A stretch of DNA of 64,000 bases from Thermoplasmata archaeon. GTDB lineage: Archaea > Thermoplasmatota > Thermoplasmata > RBG-16-68-12 > JAFNFQ01. Position 1 is the stretch's first letter, and every line of letters starts with the position of its first letter. Below, piece after piece: positions 19,063 to 27,807 of this stretch. The notes beneath the pieces were generated by a model. That model made no database searches, had not been told where the DNA came from, and saw nothing but the letters and a program-made list of their open reading frames with translations. The position numbers and the translations under genes are program-made. The stretch covers positions 1-64,000 of the forward strand of contig JBGPQV010000012.1 in assembly GCA_041489255.1 (NCBI GenBank). Reading direction: 5' to 3'.

Positions 19063-22000
19063 ATGCCTGAGAGCGGTGGACTATGCAGCAGGGAACGCAA
19101 GAGCGTGTCCCGGATGTTCTCATGTGTTCTAGCGGCCGCTTTCATCCTCGGCGCCTTTTTCGTCGGCAACGCTGTTGCGGGGACTGGGACTTTCAACCCT
19201 CCGCACAGCGACTATGGTCTTGACACCGACGTTCCACCAGACACCCTCTTCAACTATCTCGTAGTCAACGTCTCGGTTTCCATCACTATGGGAGGCCTTT
19301 TCATTGTCGAGGGACTTCTCGTCTGGCCACCGAACCTGGAACTGTCATATGATGCTCCCAGTGTGAACCTCAATCCAGGCAACCACATTGTCGAGCTCAA
19401 CTTCAACGGCCAAGACATCGCCATCCAAGGAAAGGATGGCCCGTACAGGGTCGACCTCGCCCTGTACGACGACAATTGGAACACACTCGACACAGATACT
19501 TACTGGACGAAGCCCTATTTTGCGAACCAATTCCAGATCCCGAAGGGCAACTTGTACCCACCACACACCGACTTGGGTGTGGACACCGATGGGAATGGCA
19601 AGTTCAACTACCTGGCTGTCGACGTCAGAGTGCTGGTGAACGTCTCGTGTTACCTGAAGCTGAAGGGCGATCTCTATGATTCCGGCAAGACTCAGCTCAT
19701 AGAACGCAAGACGGTAACAGGTGACTATCTACAGGGGATCAGAACCATCAGGATCAATTTCACAGGTTACGTCATCTACGGTAGCGGATTCAACGGTCCG
19801 TACAAAGTGGACCTGTGGCTGTTTGATGCTAGCGACAACCTGATATCCTCGGGGACCCACACAACGGCGGCCTATTCCAAAACGGATTTTGAAGTCACTC
19901 CGGCGTCCTTGGCCCCGCCTCACTCGGATTTCGGTCAAGACCTCGACGCGAACGCGCTCTACGACTACCTAATCGTGGTCGTGAAGCTCAATGTGGCCAA
20001 GTCGGGCATCTATACGATAGAAGGAGAGCTCTGGGAGAGCAGCGGGACAACTCCCGCGTTCATCGCATTCACCAAGAACCGCACATCCCTGACGATCGGC
20101 GTGAGGAGCGTCTGGCTGCACTTCTTAGGGAGCACCATCCGGAGCTCTGGCATCAATGGGAAGTACATCGCGTACTTGTACGTCAAAGATGTCAACGAGA
20201 CTGTGGTCAGCATCGGGTCCCATCTCACTTCCACGAACTACAATGCGGCCAGCTTTGACCCACTTCCAGCGTACTTCTCTCCACCGCACAGTGACTACGG
20301 GCTCGACACTGACAGCCCGAAGAACGGCCTCTATGACTACCTTGTTGTCAACGCCTCGCTCTCGGTGAGGCTCTCCTTCACCTACCGCCTTCCGGCATAT
20401 CTCTGGAATGGCGCGCAGACCTTGCTGATAAACCAGACCACCAACACGACCTTCCTCTCGTCCGGCCTGAGAAAGGTTCCATTGTGGTTCGATGGGAAGC
20501 AGATCTACAACTCGACATACTCCGGCCCCTACCTGGCGAGGATGTACTTGTACGATCCATTCGACAATCTCCTGAACATGAGCAGCAGCACTACTGCACC
20601 CTACGCACGCAACAGCTTCGAGCGATACATCCCACCCGATTTCTCACCTCCCTCCATATCCTCTGTAACGGTCCTGCCCAATCCACAGGACGTTGGATTG
20701 GCCGTCAACATATCGGCGCTCATCACGGACAACACTCAAGTGCTAGGTGCATGGGTGAATGTCGCAGGCGTGGGCAACCTCTCCATGTCCTACGATTCGG
20801 GCAGCGCTCGGTACTATCTGAGGAGAACCTACACGACGACCGGGACATATGCCTACACCATCTGGGCGACAGACCCCTCGAACAACTGGGCGAAGTACTC
20901 GAACAGTTTCTCAATCGTCGACAGGACCAAACCGACGATTTCCAGCGTCACGGCCTCTCCGGATCCTCAGGAGGTTCTTGGAAAGGTCAACATCACTGCC
21001 GTCATCGCGGACAACTATCAACTCCAGGGGAAATGGGTCAACATCGCCGGAATCGGGAACTTCACGATGTCCTATGATGTTGCGAGCGGCCGCTACTGCT
21101 ATGAGAGAACCTACATCGCACTCGCCACGCACTCCTTCGTGATCTGGGCCTCCGACTCCTCGGGGAACTGGGGATCTGCAACCGGCGGGTTCACCGTCAG
21201 AGACAGCACTCGCCCCGTGATCTCGAACGCAAGGGCCGATCCGACCCCGCAGGAAGTCCCCGGCAAAGTCAACGTCTCCGCCATCATCTCGGACAACTTC
21301 AAGTTGCAGGCGGTATGGGTGGATATAGGTGGAATCGGGAACTTCACAATGTCGTACGACGTCGCGCTCACTCGATACTACCATGAAAGGACCTATGCGA
21401 CGACTGCGATCTATTCATTCATGATTTGGGCATCAGACTCTTCAGGGAACTGGGCATATGCTTCTGGGGCATTCACGCTGAGAGACACGACACCGCCCTC
21501 CATATCCGATATCATGGTCGATCCGAAGCCGCTTCAAGTTCCAGGAAGCGTCAACGTCTCTGCGATTGTCTCGGACAACTACCTGCTCCAGGAAATCTGG
21601 CTTGACGTAGCCAGCGTAGGCAACCTCAGCATGTCGTTTGACCCTGCGAGTGGACGCTACTTCCTGGCTCGCGCCTACAACAACCTCGGCACGTTCCCCT
21701 TCACGCTTTCCGCGCGGGATTCAAACGGTAACTGGGGCATCGCGACAGGGGACATAGTTGTGGAAGATACAATCCCGCCATCCATCTCTGACCTCACGGT
21801 TATCCCGAAGGACCAAAGGGTCGGGGGTATCGTCAACATATCCGCAATCATCAACGAGAACCACATTCTGAATTGGACACGGATCGAGGTCATCGACCCG
21901 TTCGGAGCCCTTGTGGTGGATCAGGCGCTGGCGTTCAGCCACACGGTCTCACGATACTACTTCGCGCGAGGCTACTCCACCGAAGGCACGTACACATTCA

Positions 22001-23658
22001 ACGTGACGGCGGCGGACATGGCCGGGCTGACAGCGATGGTCTCGGGCATGTTCAACATCTCGACAACAGTCATCGATGTCACGCCTCCCGACATCAGTTC
22101 ACACAGCGCCTCGCCCAACCCGCAGGAGATCCATGGCACCGTCAGGATCATCGCCAGCGTGACTGACGATGTGGCGCTTGCCCTGGTCAAGGCGGCCGTC
22201 ACATCGCCGATCGGGGCTGACTTGGGCAACAACACCATGGAACTCGGCGGCTCAACCTACTACAGGAACGGCACCTACGACGAACTGGGCGTATACTCTT
22301 ACTGCATCTGGGCCGAAGACACAAGCGGCAATGGCGCCAAGGCATGCGGGCAGTTCACAATCAGAGACGCCACGAAGCCGGTCATCTCCAGTATGTCCGC
22401 CTCTCCCTCGCCCCAGGAAGTCAAGCTCGAGGTGAACATCAGTGCTGAAGTGACTGACAACCATCTCCTGCAGAGCGTCGAAGTCGAGGTCAGAAAGCCC
22501 GGAGGCCAGCTGGTGGGCGACTTCACGATGTCGTTTGACCCGGCACTTCACAGATACTGGTACCGCCGAGCGTATCCCGATTTCGGCATTCACTCCTACA
22601 CAGTGACCGCGACAGACCAGTCTGGCAACTCCGCTGCCTCGGCTGGAATGTTCGAAATACGCGACACGACGAACCCTGTCGCGCAGGCAGGTCAGGATGT
22701 GGTCATCGAGCAAGGTGCGACCGTCACGTTCAATGGGACTGAGTCGACGGACAACGACGCAATCGAGAACTATACCTGGAGATTCATGGACGGTGCCGAT
22801 CAGCAGAAGCTGTACGGCGCGGTCAGCACATATGTCTTCACGAACACCGACACCTTCACGGTGACCCTCGTTGTCAGAGACAGAGCTGGCAACTCCGCAA
22901 GCGACACGATGAGCGTCACCGTCAACCCCCCGACGCAGCCGATCAAGCCGCCTATGAGACCGACAGGCTTGACCGTGACCGTGATTGGCACCGCCTCGAT
23001 GCAGCTCTCCTGGGTGGCCCCTGCGGCGCGGGAGGACGGTTCGGAGCTCACTGGTCTTGCGGGCTACGAGGTCTTCAGGAGCACGATCTCGGGTCAGTCT
23101 TACCAGAAGATGCATGGCGGATTCGTCACAGACATCACATACCTTGATTCGACGGTCGAGCGGGGGACGACTTACTATTATCTGGTGAGAGCAGTTGATT
23201 CAGAGGACCGCGTTTCCGCCAATTCCACCGAGGCCTCGGGCATTATTCCTGCTACAGGTTTCATGCACGGCTGGGTTGGCGACGAGTCGATGGTCCCCCT
23301 GCAGAACGCCAACGTCCAGCTGCTCCTGGACGGAGCTGAGATCAGGACGACCATGACGGACGACTGGGGAGTCTTCATATTCTCGAATGTTGAAGCGGGA
23401 AACTACGTCCTGAAGGTATCGCTCAACGGGTACGCCACAAAAGAGGCTAGCGCGGTCGTTGGTGCTGGAAGCGGGACAGACGTCGGCATGATCCTGCTTC
23501 AGGCGCCATCCTCGCCACCCTCGACCGGAACCGAGTCTCTGCCGTCTTTCCTTATCTTTCTGATCATCATCCCGACAGTGGTCGTGGCGGCAGCAGTCAT
23601 CCTGCTGGCCCGCCGCCGTTCCAAGAAGAAGGCCGAAGGCGGGGGCAGGAAGAAATGA
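19063..23658 (+). CDS. Giant modular cell-surface protein: 4 PPHSDYG repeats, 7 Ig-like repeats, PKD, FN3, CarboxypepD_reg-like, C-terminal TM
   Basis: SD GGAGGAG plus ATG 19063; signal peptide; repeats are directly visible; PKD motif VAQAGQD..VTFNG..STDND.I..Y.W.F; TM followed by RRRSKKK. Confidence 0.85.
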   Translation: MPESGGLCSRERKSVSRMFSCVLAAAFILGAFFVGNAVAGTGTFNPPHSDYGLDTDVPPDTLFNYLVVNVSVSITMGGLFIVEGLLVWPPNLELSYDAPSVNLNPGNHIVELNFNGQDIAIQGKDGPYRVDLALYDDNWNTLDTDTYWTKPYFANQFQIPKGNLYPPHTDLGVDTDGNGKFNYLAVDVRVLVNVSCYLKLKGDLYDSGKTQLIERKTVTGDYLQGIRTIRINFTGYVIYGSGFNGPYKVDLWLFDASDNLISSGTHTTAAYSKTDFEVTPASLAPPHSDFGQDLDANALYDYLIVVVKLNVAKSGIYTIEGELWESSGTTPAFIAFTKNRTSLTIGVRSVWLHFLGSTIRSSGINGKYIAYLYVKDVNETVVSIGSHLTSTNYNAASFDPLPAYFSPPHSDYGLDTDSPKNGLYDYLVVNASLSVRLSFTYRLPAYLWNGAQTLLINQTTNTTFLSSGLRKVPLWFDGKQIYNSTYSGPYLARMYLYDPFDNLLNMSSSTTAPYARNSFERYIPPDFSPPSISSVTVLPNPQDVGLAVNISALITDNTQVLGAWVNVAGVGNLSMSYDSGSARYYLRRTYTTTGTYAYTIWATDPSNNWAKYSNSFSIVDRTKPTISSVTASPDPQEVLGKVNITAVIADNYQLQGKWVNIAGIGNFTMSYDVASGRYCYERTYIALATHSFVIWASDSSGNWGSATGGFTVRDSTRPVISNARADPTPQEVPGKVNVSAIISDNFKLQAVWVDIGGIGNFTMSYDVALTRYYHERTYATTAIYSFMIWASDSSGNWAYASGAFTLRDTTPPSISDIMVDPKPLQVPGSVNVSAIVSDNYLLQEIWLDVASVGNLSMSFDPASGRYFLARAYNNLGTFPFTLSARDSNGNWGIATGDIVVEDTIPPSISDLTVIPKDQRVGGIVNISAIINENHILNWTRIEVIDPFGALVVDQALAFSHTVSRYYFARGYSTEGTYTFNVTAADMAGLTAMVSGMFNISTTVIDVTPPDISSHSASPNPQEIHGTVRIIASVTDDVALALVKAAVTSPIGADLGNNTMELGGSTYYRNGTYDELGVYSYCIWAEDTSGNGAKACGQFTIRDATKPVISSMSASPSPQEVKLEVNISAEVTDNHLLQSVEVEVRKPGGQLVGDFTMSFDPALHRYWYRRAYPDFGIHSYTVTATDQSGNSAASAGMFEIRDTTNPVAQAGQDVVIEQGATVTFNGTESTDNDAIENYTWRFMDGADQQKLYGAVSTYVFTNTDTFTVTLVVRDRAGNSASDTMSVTVNPPTQPIKPPMRPTGLTVTVIGTASMQLSWVAPAAREDGSELTGLAGYEVFRSTISGQSYQKMHGGFVTDITYLDSTVERGTTYYYLVRAVDSEDRVSANSTEASGIIPATGFMHGWVGDESMVPLQNANVQLLLDGAEIRTTMTDDWGVFIFSNVEAGNYVLKVSLNGYATKEASAVVGAGSGTDVGMILLQAPSSPPSTGTESLPSFLIFLIIIPTVVVAAAVILLARRRSKKKAEGGGRKK

Positions 23659-23833
23659 TGGCATGTCTCAGTCAGACGGCGAAAACAGGCTCAATTCCCG
23701 AAAAATGGGCATCAGAGCACAAGAATGGGTGCTTTTTGCCCAGCCAGCTTCGGAAACAACTAAATAACGCGACTGCGATGTCAGGGTGCCTGAGAACATG
23801 AGGAATGCCGATTCTGGGAAAGGGGGTAGGGTA

Positions 23834-24343
23834 ATGTCAAAGATATCAATGCGGAAGATAACCATCGGTGCGGTCGTGCTGTCGACCATGCTTATTCTGG
23901 GATCGAGCATTTACGTCTACGCCTTGGCCGGCGATTACACCTTCATCACCGGGACCGACAATTTCGACGTTTATTTGCGGATTAACAATTTCAACCCGAC
24001 CCCGCAGAAATTCGCAGTGGTCCAAGCGAGCGTCAAGATCATAAGCAAGTCACCGTCCGACATCATGCTCTTGGAATTCAACGTGAAGGCTTACAGTGCG
24101 CCCCCGGGCAGTCCCGGTTCGAAGAAATTCGGAGAGGAGACCGTATATAATCTGCTCCTCCCTGCGATGGGGACGCTGGTAGTCAGGTTGAATTTAAAAA
24201 TCTATAACTACACAGACTTAAAGGACGCAAGCTTCGTCTACGTCCATTCCACCATCAGGTGGATACACTTCGGCGAATACTACGAGCGCATGGACGCCAA
24301 GCGCATCGACATTAGGCCATATAAATTCCTCTTGCCCGGATAG
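23834..24343 (+). CDS. Hypothetical exported beta-sandwich protein
   Basis: N-terminal hydrophobic helix followed by a beta-rich region; TAAATAA at about 23761. Confidence 0.65.
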   Translation: MSKISMRKITIGAVVLSTMLILGSSIYVYALAGDYTFITGTDNFDVYLRINNFNPTPQKFAVVQASVKIISKSPSDIMLLEFNVKAYSAPPGSPGSKKFGEETVYNLLLPAMGTLVVRLNLKIYNYTDLKDASFVYVHSTIRWIHFGEYYERMDAKRIDIRPYKFLLPG

Positions 24344-24361
24344 TGATGTACAAAGCGGGCA

Positions 24362-25270
24362 CTAGGTGACTTTGATCCACAGGTGCAGAGACCTGTAGGG
24401 CTCGGTATGCTGAGGGTCCGTGAAAAGTAGGAAGCGCAACTTGTAGTTCCCGGGCTGAACTATCGAGAAGTTGAAAGGCTGTTCCCAGGTCAGACCGCTG
24501 CCAAGGACGGCGCTCTGCGAGTCCAGAGTCACGTTCGCAATCTCTACCGTGTCGTTTCGGCCACTGCTCGTATTGTAAACATACAGAACCGTGGTCAGAA
24601 CCACATTCACAGTATAGTTGATTGTCGAGAACTCGTGGTTCACAATGCCTATGATGACCGTGCCCTGTTCGCTCGCGTTCAATCGTGTAGGGTAGTTGGC
24701 TGCCGTGCCATTCTTGTCCAGGATGTAGAACTCGGTGAACTTCTCCCCCTCACGCGGAACGATCATGACGTACGCGAACACGCCCGCGGCCAGGATGACA
24801 GAGGCAACAAGGCCAATGGTCAACGCTTTGTCCAGCGGGGCATACTCCTTCCATGCGGAGGGTGGGATGTTGAGGGCGATCGAGAGTCGCTCCTCCACGG
24901 GCAGCCTCATCCGCCTGTAGTACGCGACCGCACACATGCCCACGGTGAACATGAGCACCGTGGTGATGATCGACTCAAGACGGATGCCCCACGGGGTGTA
25001 GTTGAGGAGCAGACCGAGAAGAGGCACGACCGCGATACTCAACCCTAGGCTCAGTGCGACTCGCTCGATCCAGTCGATGTCCTTGCTTCCTGGGAAAAGG
25101 GCGGCAATCAGCGCATAGCCGGGGAGAAACAGCACGAAAAAGAGACCGAGGACGATCCGGACCGGCCCTGTGGCCTCGATCGCCACAAACGGGATGAGAG
25201 TCAAACCCAGCACAACGACTGCGAGAAGGTCATACGGCTTCTCGCGGAACGCAATCCTCATTGTGCGCAT
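24362..25270 (-). CDS. DUF1616 family membrane protein
   Basis: FLPGYALIAALFP, IERVALSLGLS, FTEFYIL..G.AANYP, GIVNHE and PYRSLHLWI. Confidence 0.85.
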   Translation of the reverse strand: MRTMRIAFREKPYDLLAVVVLGLTLIPFVAIEATGPVRIVLGLFFVLFLPGYALIAALFPGSKDIDWIERVALSLGLSIAVVPLLGLLLNYTPWGIRLESIITTVLMFTVGMCAVAYYRRMRLPVEERLSIALNIPPSAWKEYAPLDKALTIGLVASVILAAGVFAYVMIVPREGEKFTEFYILDKNGTAANYPTRLNASEQGTVIIGIVNHEFSTINYTVNVVLTTVLYVYNTSSGRNDTVEIANVTLDSQSAVLGSGLTWEQPFNFSIVQPGNYKLRFLLFTDPQHTEPYRSLHLWIKVT

Positions 25271-25385
25271 GATATTGACCAGTCATCTTATGAATCTTAG
25301 CCCACTTGACGAGGCGACTCGAAATCATATGGGTCGCAAAGAGGGGAGAACGCCGGACAACAGCAGGCACTGAGGAACATAGGGC

Positions 25386-26207
25386 ATGAAAATAAACAGT
25401 GAGGGACCGAGGCAGAGACCGATTTCCTCGCCGACAGGCATTCCGAGCGAGACCAAGGCAATCCTCATCGTCTACCTTGCAGCCCTCATATCAGGAGAAC
25501 TGCTGACGGCATTCAAGGATTTCGCAGCCGGCCTGGTCGTGCATACTCTCATTCTCTTCTTCTTGATATTCCATGCGTCCCTGATCTCGCGAAGCGACGC
25601 GCGTCTCTCGCGTCTTCTCACCGCCATGTCGCTCGCCCCATTGCTGCGGGTCCTCAGTCTGTCTCTCCCCCTTTGGCATTTCACCACGCTCGAATGGATG
25701 TGCATCATCAGCATTCCTCTCGTCGTCGCATGCTTCGCGACTGTCTCAGCGCTGAAGCTCCGGCCGAGAGACGTGGGCCTCACCCTGGGCCCGACCAGGA
25801 GGCTGCCCTGGCAGATACTGGTCGCCCTTGCGGGTGTGCCTCTCGGGTTCGTCGAGTTCAGCATCCTGCGGCCCTCGCCCTGGCTCAATGACTACGGTGT
25901 TGGTAGCGTCGCCATCGCGCTGTTCGCGCTCATCGGAGCCACGGGTCTTGCGGAGGAGCTCATCTTCCGAGGCATACTCCAGCGATGCGCCATCGATCTG
26001 GCTGGCGACGCGGGCATACTGTACGTGGCTTTTGTTTTCACCGCTCTCCACACATCCTTCCTATCCTGGGCGGACTTGGCATTTGTCTTCATCGTGGCGG
26101 TGTTGTTCGGGATGATAGTCAAGAAGACCGGGACGCTCACAGGCGTGATAGCAGCGCATACGCTCGTCAATGTTATGTTGTATCTCGTGCTCCCCAACTA
26201 CTTCTAA
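25386..26207 (+). CDS. CPBP (CAAX/Abi) intramembrane glutamic protease
   Basis: All three family motifs are intact: EELIFRG, FTALH and HTLVN. Confidence 0.9.
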   Translation: MKINSEGPRQRPISSPTGIPSETKAILIVYLAALISGELLTAFKDFAAGLVVHTLILFFLIFHASLISRSDARLSRLLTAMSLAPLLRVLSLSLPLWHFTTLEWMCIISIPLVVACFATVSALKLRPRDVGLTLGPTRRLPWQILVALAGVPLGFVEFSILRPSPWLNDYGVGSVAIALFALIGATGLAEELIFRGILQRCAIDLAGDAGILYVAFVFTALHTSFLSWADLAFVFIVAVLFGMIVKKTGTLTGVIAAHTLVNVMLYLVLPNYF

Positions 26208-26455
26208 AGTATCTCTGCGATCTTCACCGCGACGATGACGGCGAAGACCAAAAGCAAGGGAAGAATCGCGACGTTCAGGCTAGATGCGAACGACTTCAAC
26301 CTTGGAGCCGGCTTGCCGCTTTCAAGCTCAGCTGAACTCAGCTCCTTCAGGATTAGGAAAATGATGAGGCTGATTACCGCCACCGCGCCAAGACTGACGG
26401 CCACTGCTGGCGTCGCAAGACCAGCTAGTGCTGCGGTCGTAACAGTAGTTATCAT
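26204..26455 (-). CDS. Small two-helix membrane protein with Thr-rich N-terminus
   Basis: MITTVTTAA..., LI.FLILKEL and LNVAILPLLLVF; overlaps the CPBP stop convergently. Confidence 0.7.
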   Translation of the reverse strand: MITTVTTAALAGLATPAVAVSLGAVAVISLIIFLILKELSSAELESGKPAPRLKSFASSLNVAILPLLLVFAVIVAVKIAEIL

Positions 26456-27187
26456 TTTCTCAGGCCGTTCCTCCCTATCCCTTAATGTCACAGTCCCTAC
26501 TTAAGCGTTACCATCTCGCGATATGGAGGACCGCGAGGGCCCGACTTCATCGAATGTGAGCGGAATCTCCCGATTCCGTCCCCTGACTTCTTTGCGCCAC
26601 GGAACCCGAATCGATGTCGCTGTGCAGTCGGCTGCAAACCACCTCGAGTGGCGTGAATCGACAGAGTGGCAAATCCTCTTTCTGAAGCAGACTCCCTTGG
26701 CCTCGCTCCTCGGAACCTGCCCCAAGTCATCTCCCTGATCCCATGTCACGATCGGGACCGCGGACACCTCTGAATCCGGTTTGCGACATGCCTCGTAGGT
26801 CGACACTCATCTTGACAGGCAAGGAATCCCGTGGAGTCCGTTGCGTTGTGGATATGATGCATCTCAGCTTGACGCTTACCCGAGTGTTCCTCGACGATTT
26901 CCCGCGCTGATGCGCGTGGCGCGTCTGATGGCGGTTGGAGACAAGCTCTCTCCTTCCGCCTGAGAGCGTCATCTTCGGGGCGAGGGACGACTCGCACAGT
27001 CGCGACCCTGTGGCGGCTGTTCTGCCGTTGATCGTTCGCGAATCAGCGGAAGCTTTCTCGCCTGATTTCCGGATACCCCGCACCGCATGAACTCGTGGGA
27101 CTTGCTGATCTCACGATGCTCGCCACTAAAGGTCATTTCGAAAGGTCCTGGCGACGAGGCAGGTCAGCCTGGAGGAGAAGAAGAGGT

Positions 27188-27494
27188 ACTAGGCCGCCGG
27201 GATGGACGCTCAGCTCCTCCCGAGGCTACCCAAAGGCTTCCTCGGTCCCGCTTCCCCGCGAGCGCCGGTAATCCGCGGTAAGGCTGCTCACTTCCGTGCC
27301 TGACCCGATCCCCGCGATTGAGACTGGGTTCCTGCCCTCCGGCAGGTCTCCGGTCACTTCCAGCCCCGCGGGACAGAACCTCAACGTCGGCTCTTGGACC
27401 GCGGCAGGACTGGGAGCGCCGCTCCCGGCTGTCACCCCCGCTGAGGACGGTTTCGGTGTATAAGGGGACGCCCAACCCCCCGGTCAAGCCTAGC
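27188..27494 (-). ncRNA. ffs: Archaeal signal recognition particle (7S) RNA
   Basis: On the minus strand: Alu domain GGGGGGTTGGGCGTCCCCTTATACACCGAAACCG; helix 6 CCTGCC-GGAG-GGCAGG; helix 8 TCAGGCACGGAAGTGAGCAG (SRP54-binding motif). Terminal CTAGGC/GCCTAG pair; length about 306 nt. Confidence 0.93.
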
Positions 27495-27515
27495 GGGTTA
27501 CCATCGGACTGTCTC

Positions 27516-27525
27516 TATTTAAATA
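27516..27525 (-). promoter_or_regulatory. TATA box of the SRP RNA gene
   Basis: TATTTAAATA about 22-30 nt upstream of the predicted 5' end. Confidence 0.75.
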
Positions 27526-27592
27526 TGAGTGCTGCCGGGAATCGTCCGGAGGGCTGTCAACTCTAGGAACGGTGGAGCGGGGACCGGTCGGT

Positions 27593-27694
27593 TCATCTGC
27601 TCATCAGCTTGATCATCGCCTCTGCCAGCTCCCCGTCGCACTCCTCCAGATCCTTCCCAACCTCCTCCGCCGACACGCCAGCCTTCGCCGCGAC
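27593..27694 (-). pseudogene. nac: Displaced, decayed 3' fragment of nac (copy 3)
   Basis: Translates as VAAKAGVSAEEVGKDLEECDGELAEAMIKLMSR*, versus the intact [33 protein letters not shown]. No 5' part is present. Confidence 0.9.
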
Positions 27695-27807
27695 CTCCGC
27701 CTTCCGATGAGACGACTGAACCAGAAACTATTTAGCCGCAACTTTCAATCGTAGTCCGGGAGTCTTCATCGGAAGACTTGAATAGACTACATGGGAGGAG
27801 TGGGCAC

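Noticed and set aside
20638-22050. Regular repeats as a CRISPR array
   Set aside because: They are 282-bp in-frame coding repeats with no repeat-spacer structure and no cas operon.
26500-27180. Short ORFs in the 0.7-kb gap next to the SRP RNA gene
   Set aside because: No motifs or clear translation signals; I could not assign an RNA structure either.
27164-27566. ORFs over 27.2-27.5 kb, and an RNase P RNA interpretation
   Set aside because: The helix 6, helix 8 and Alu motifs identify SRP RNA; RNase P consensus motifs are absent; the ORFs are shadows.
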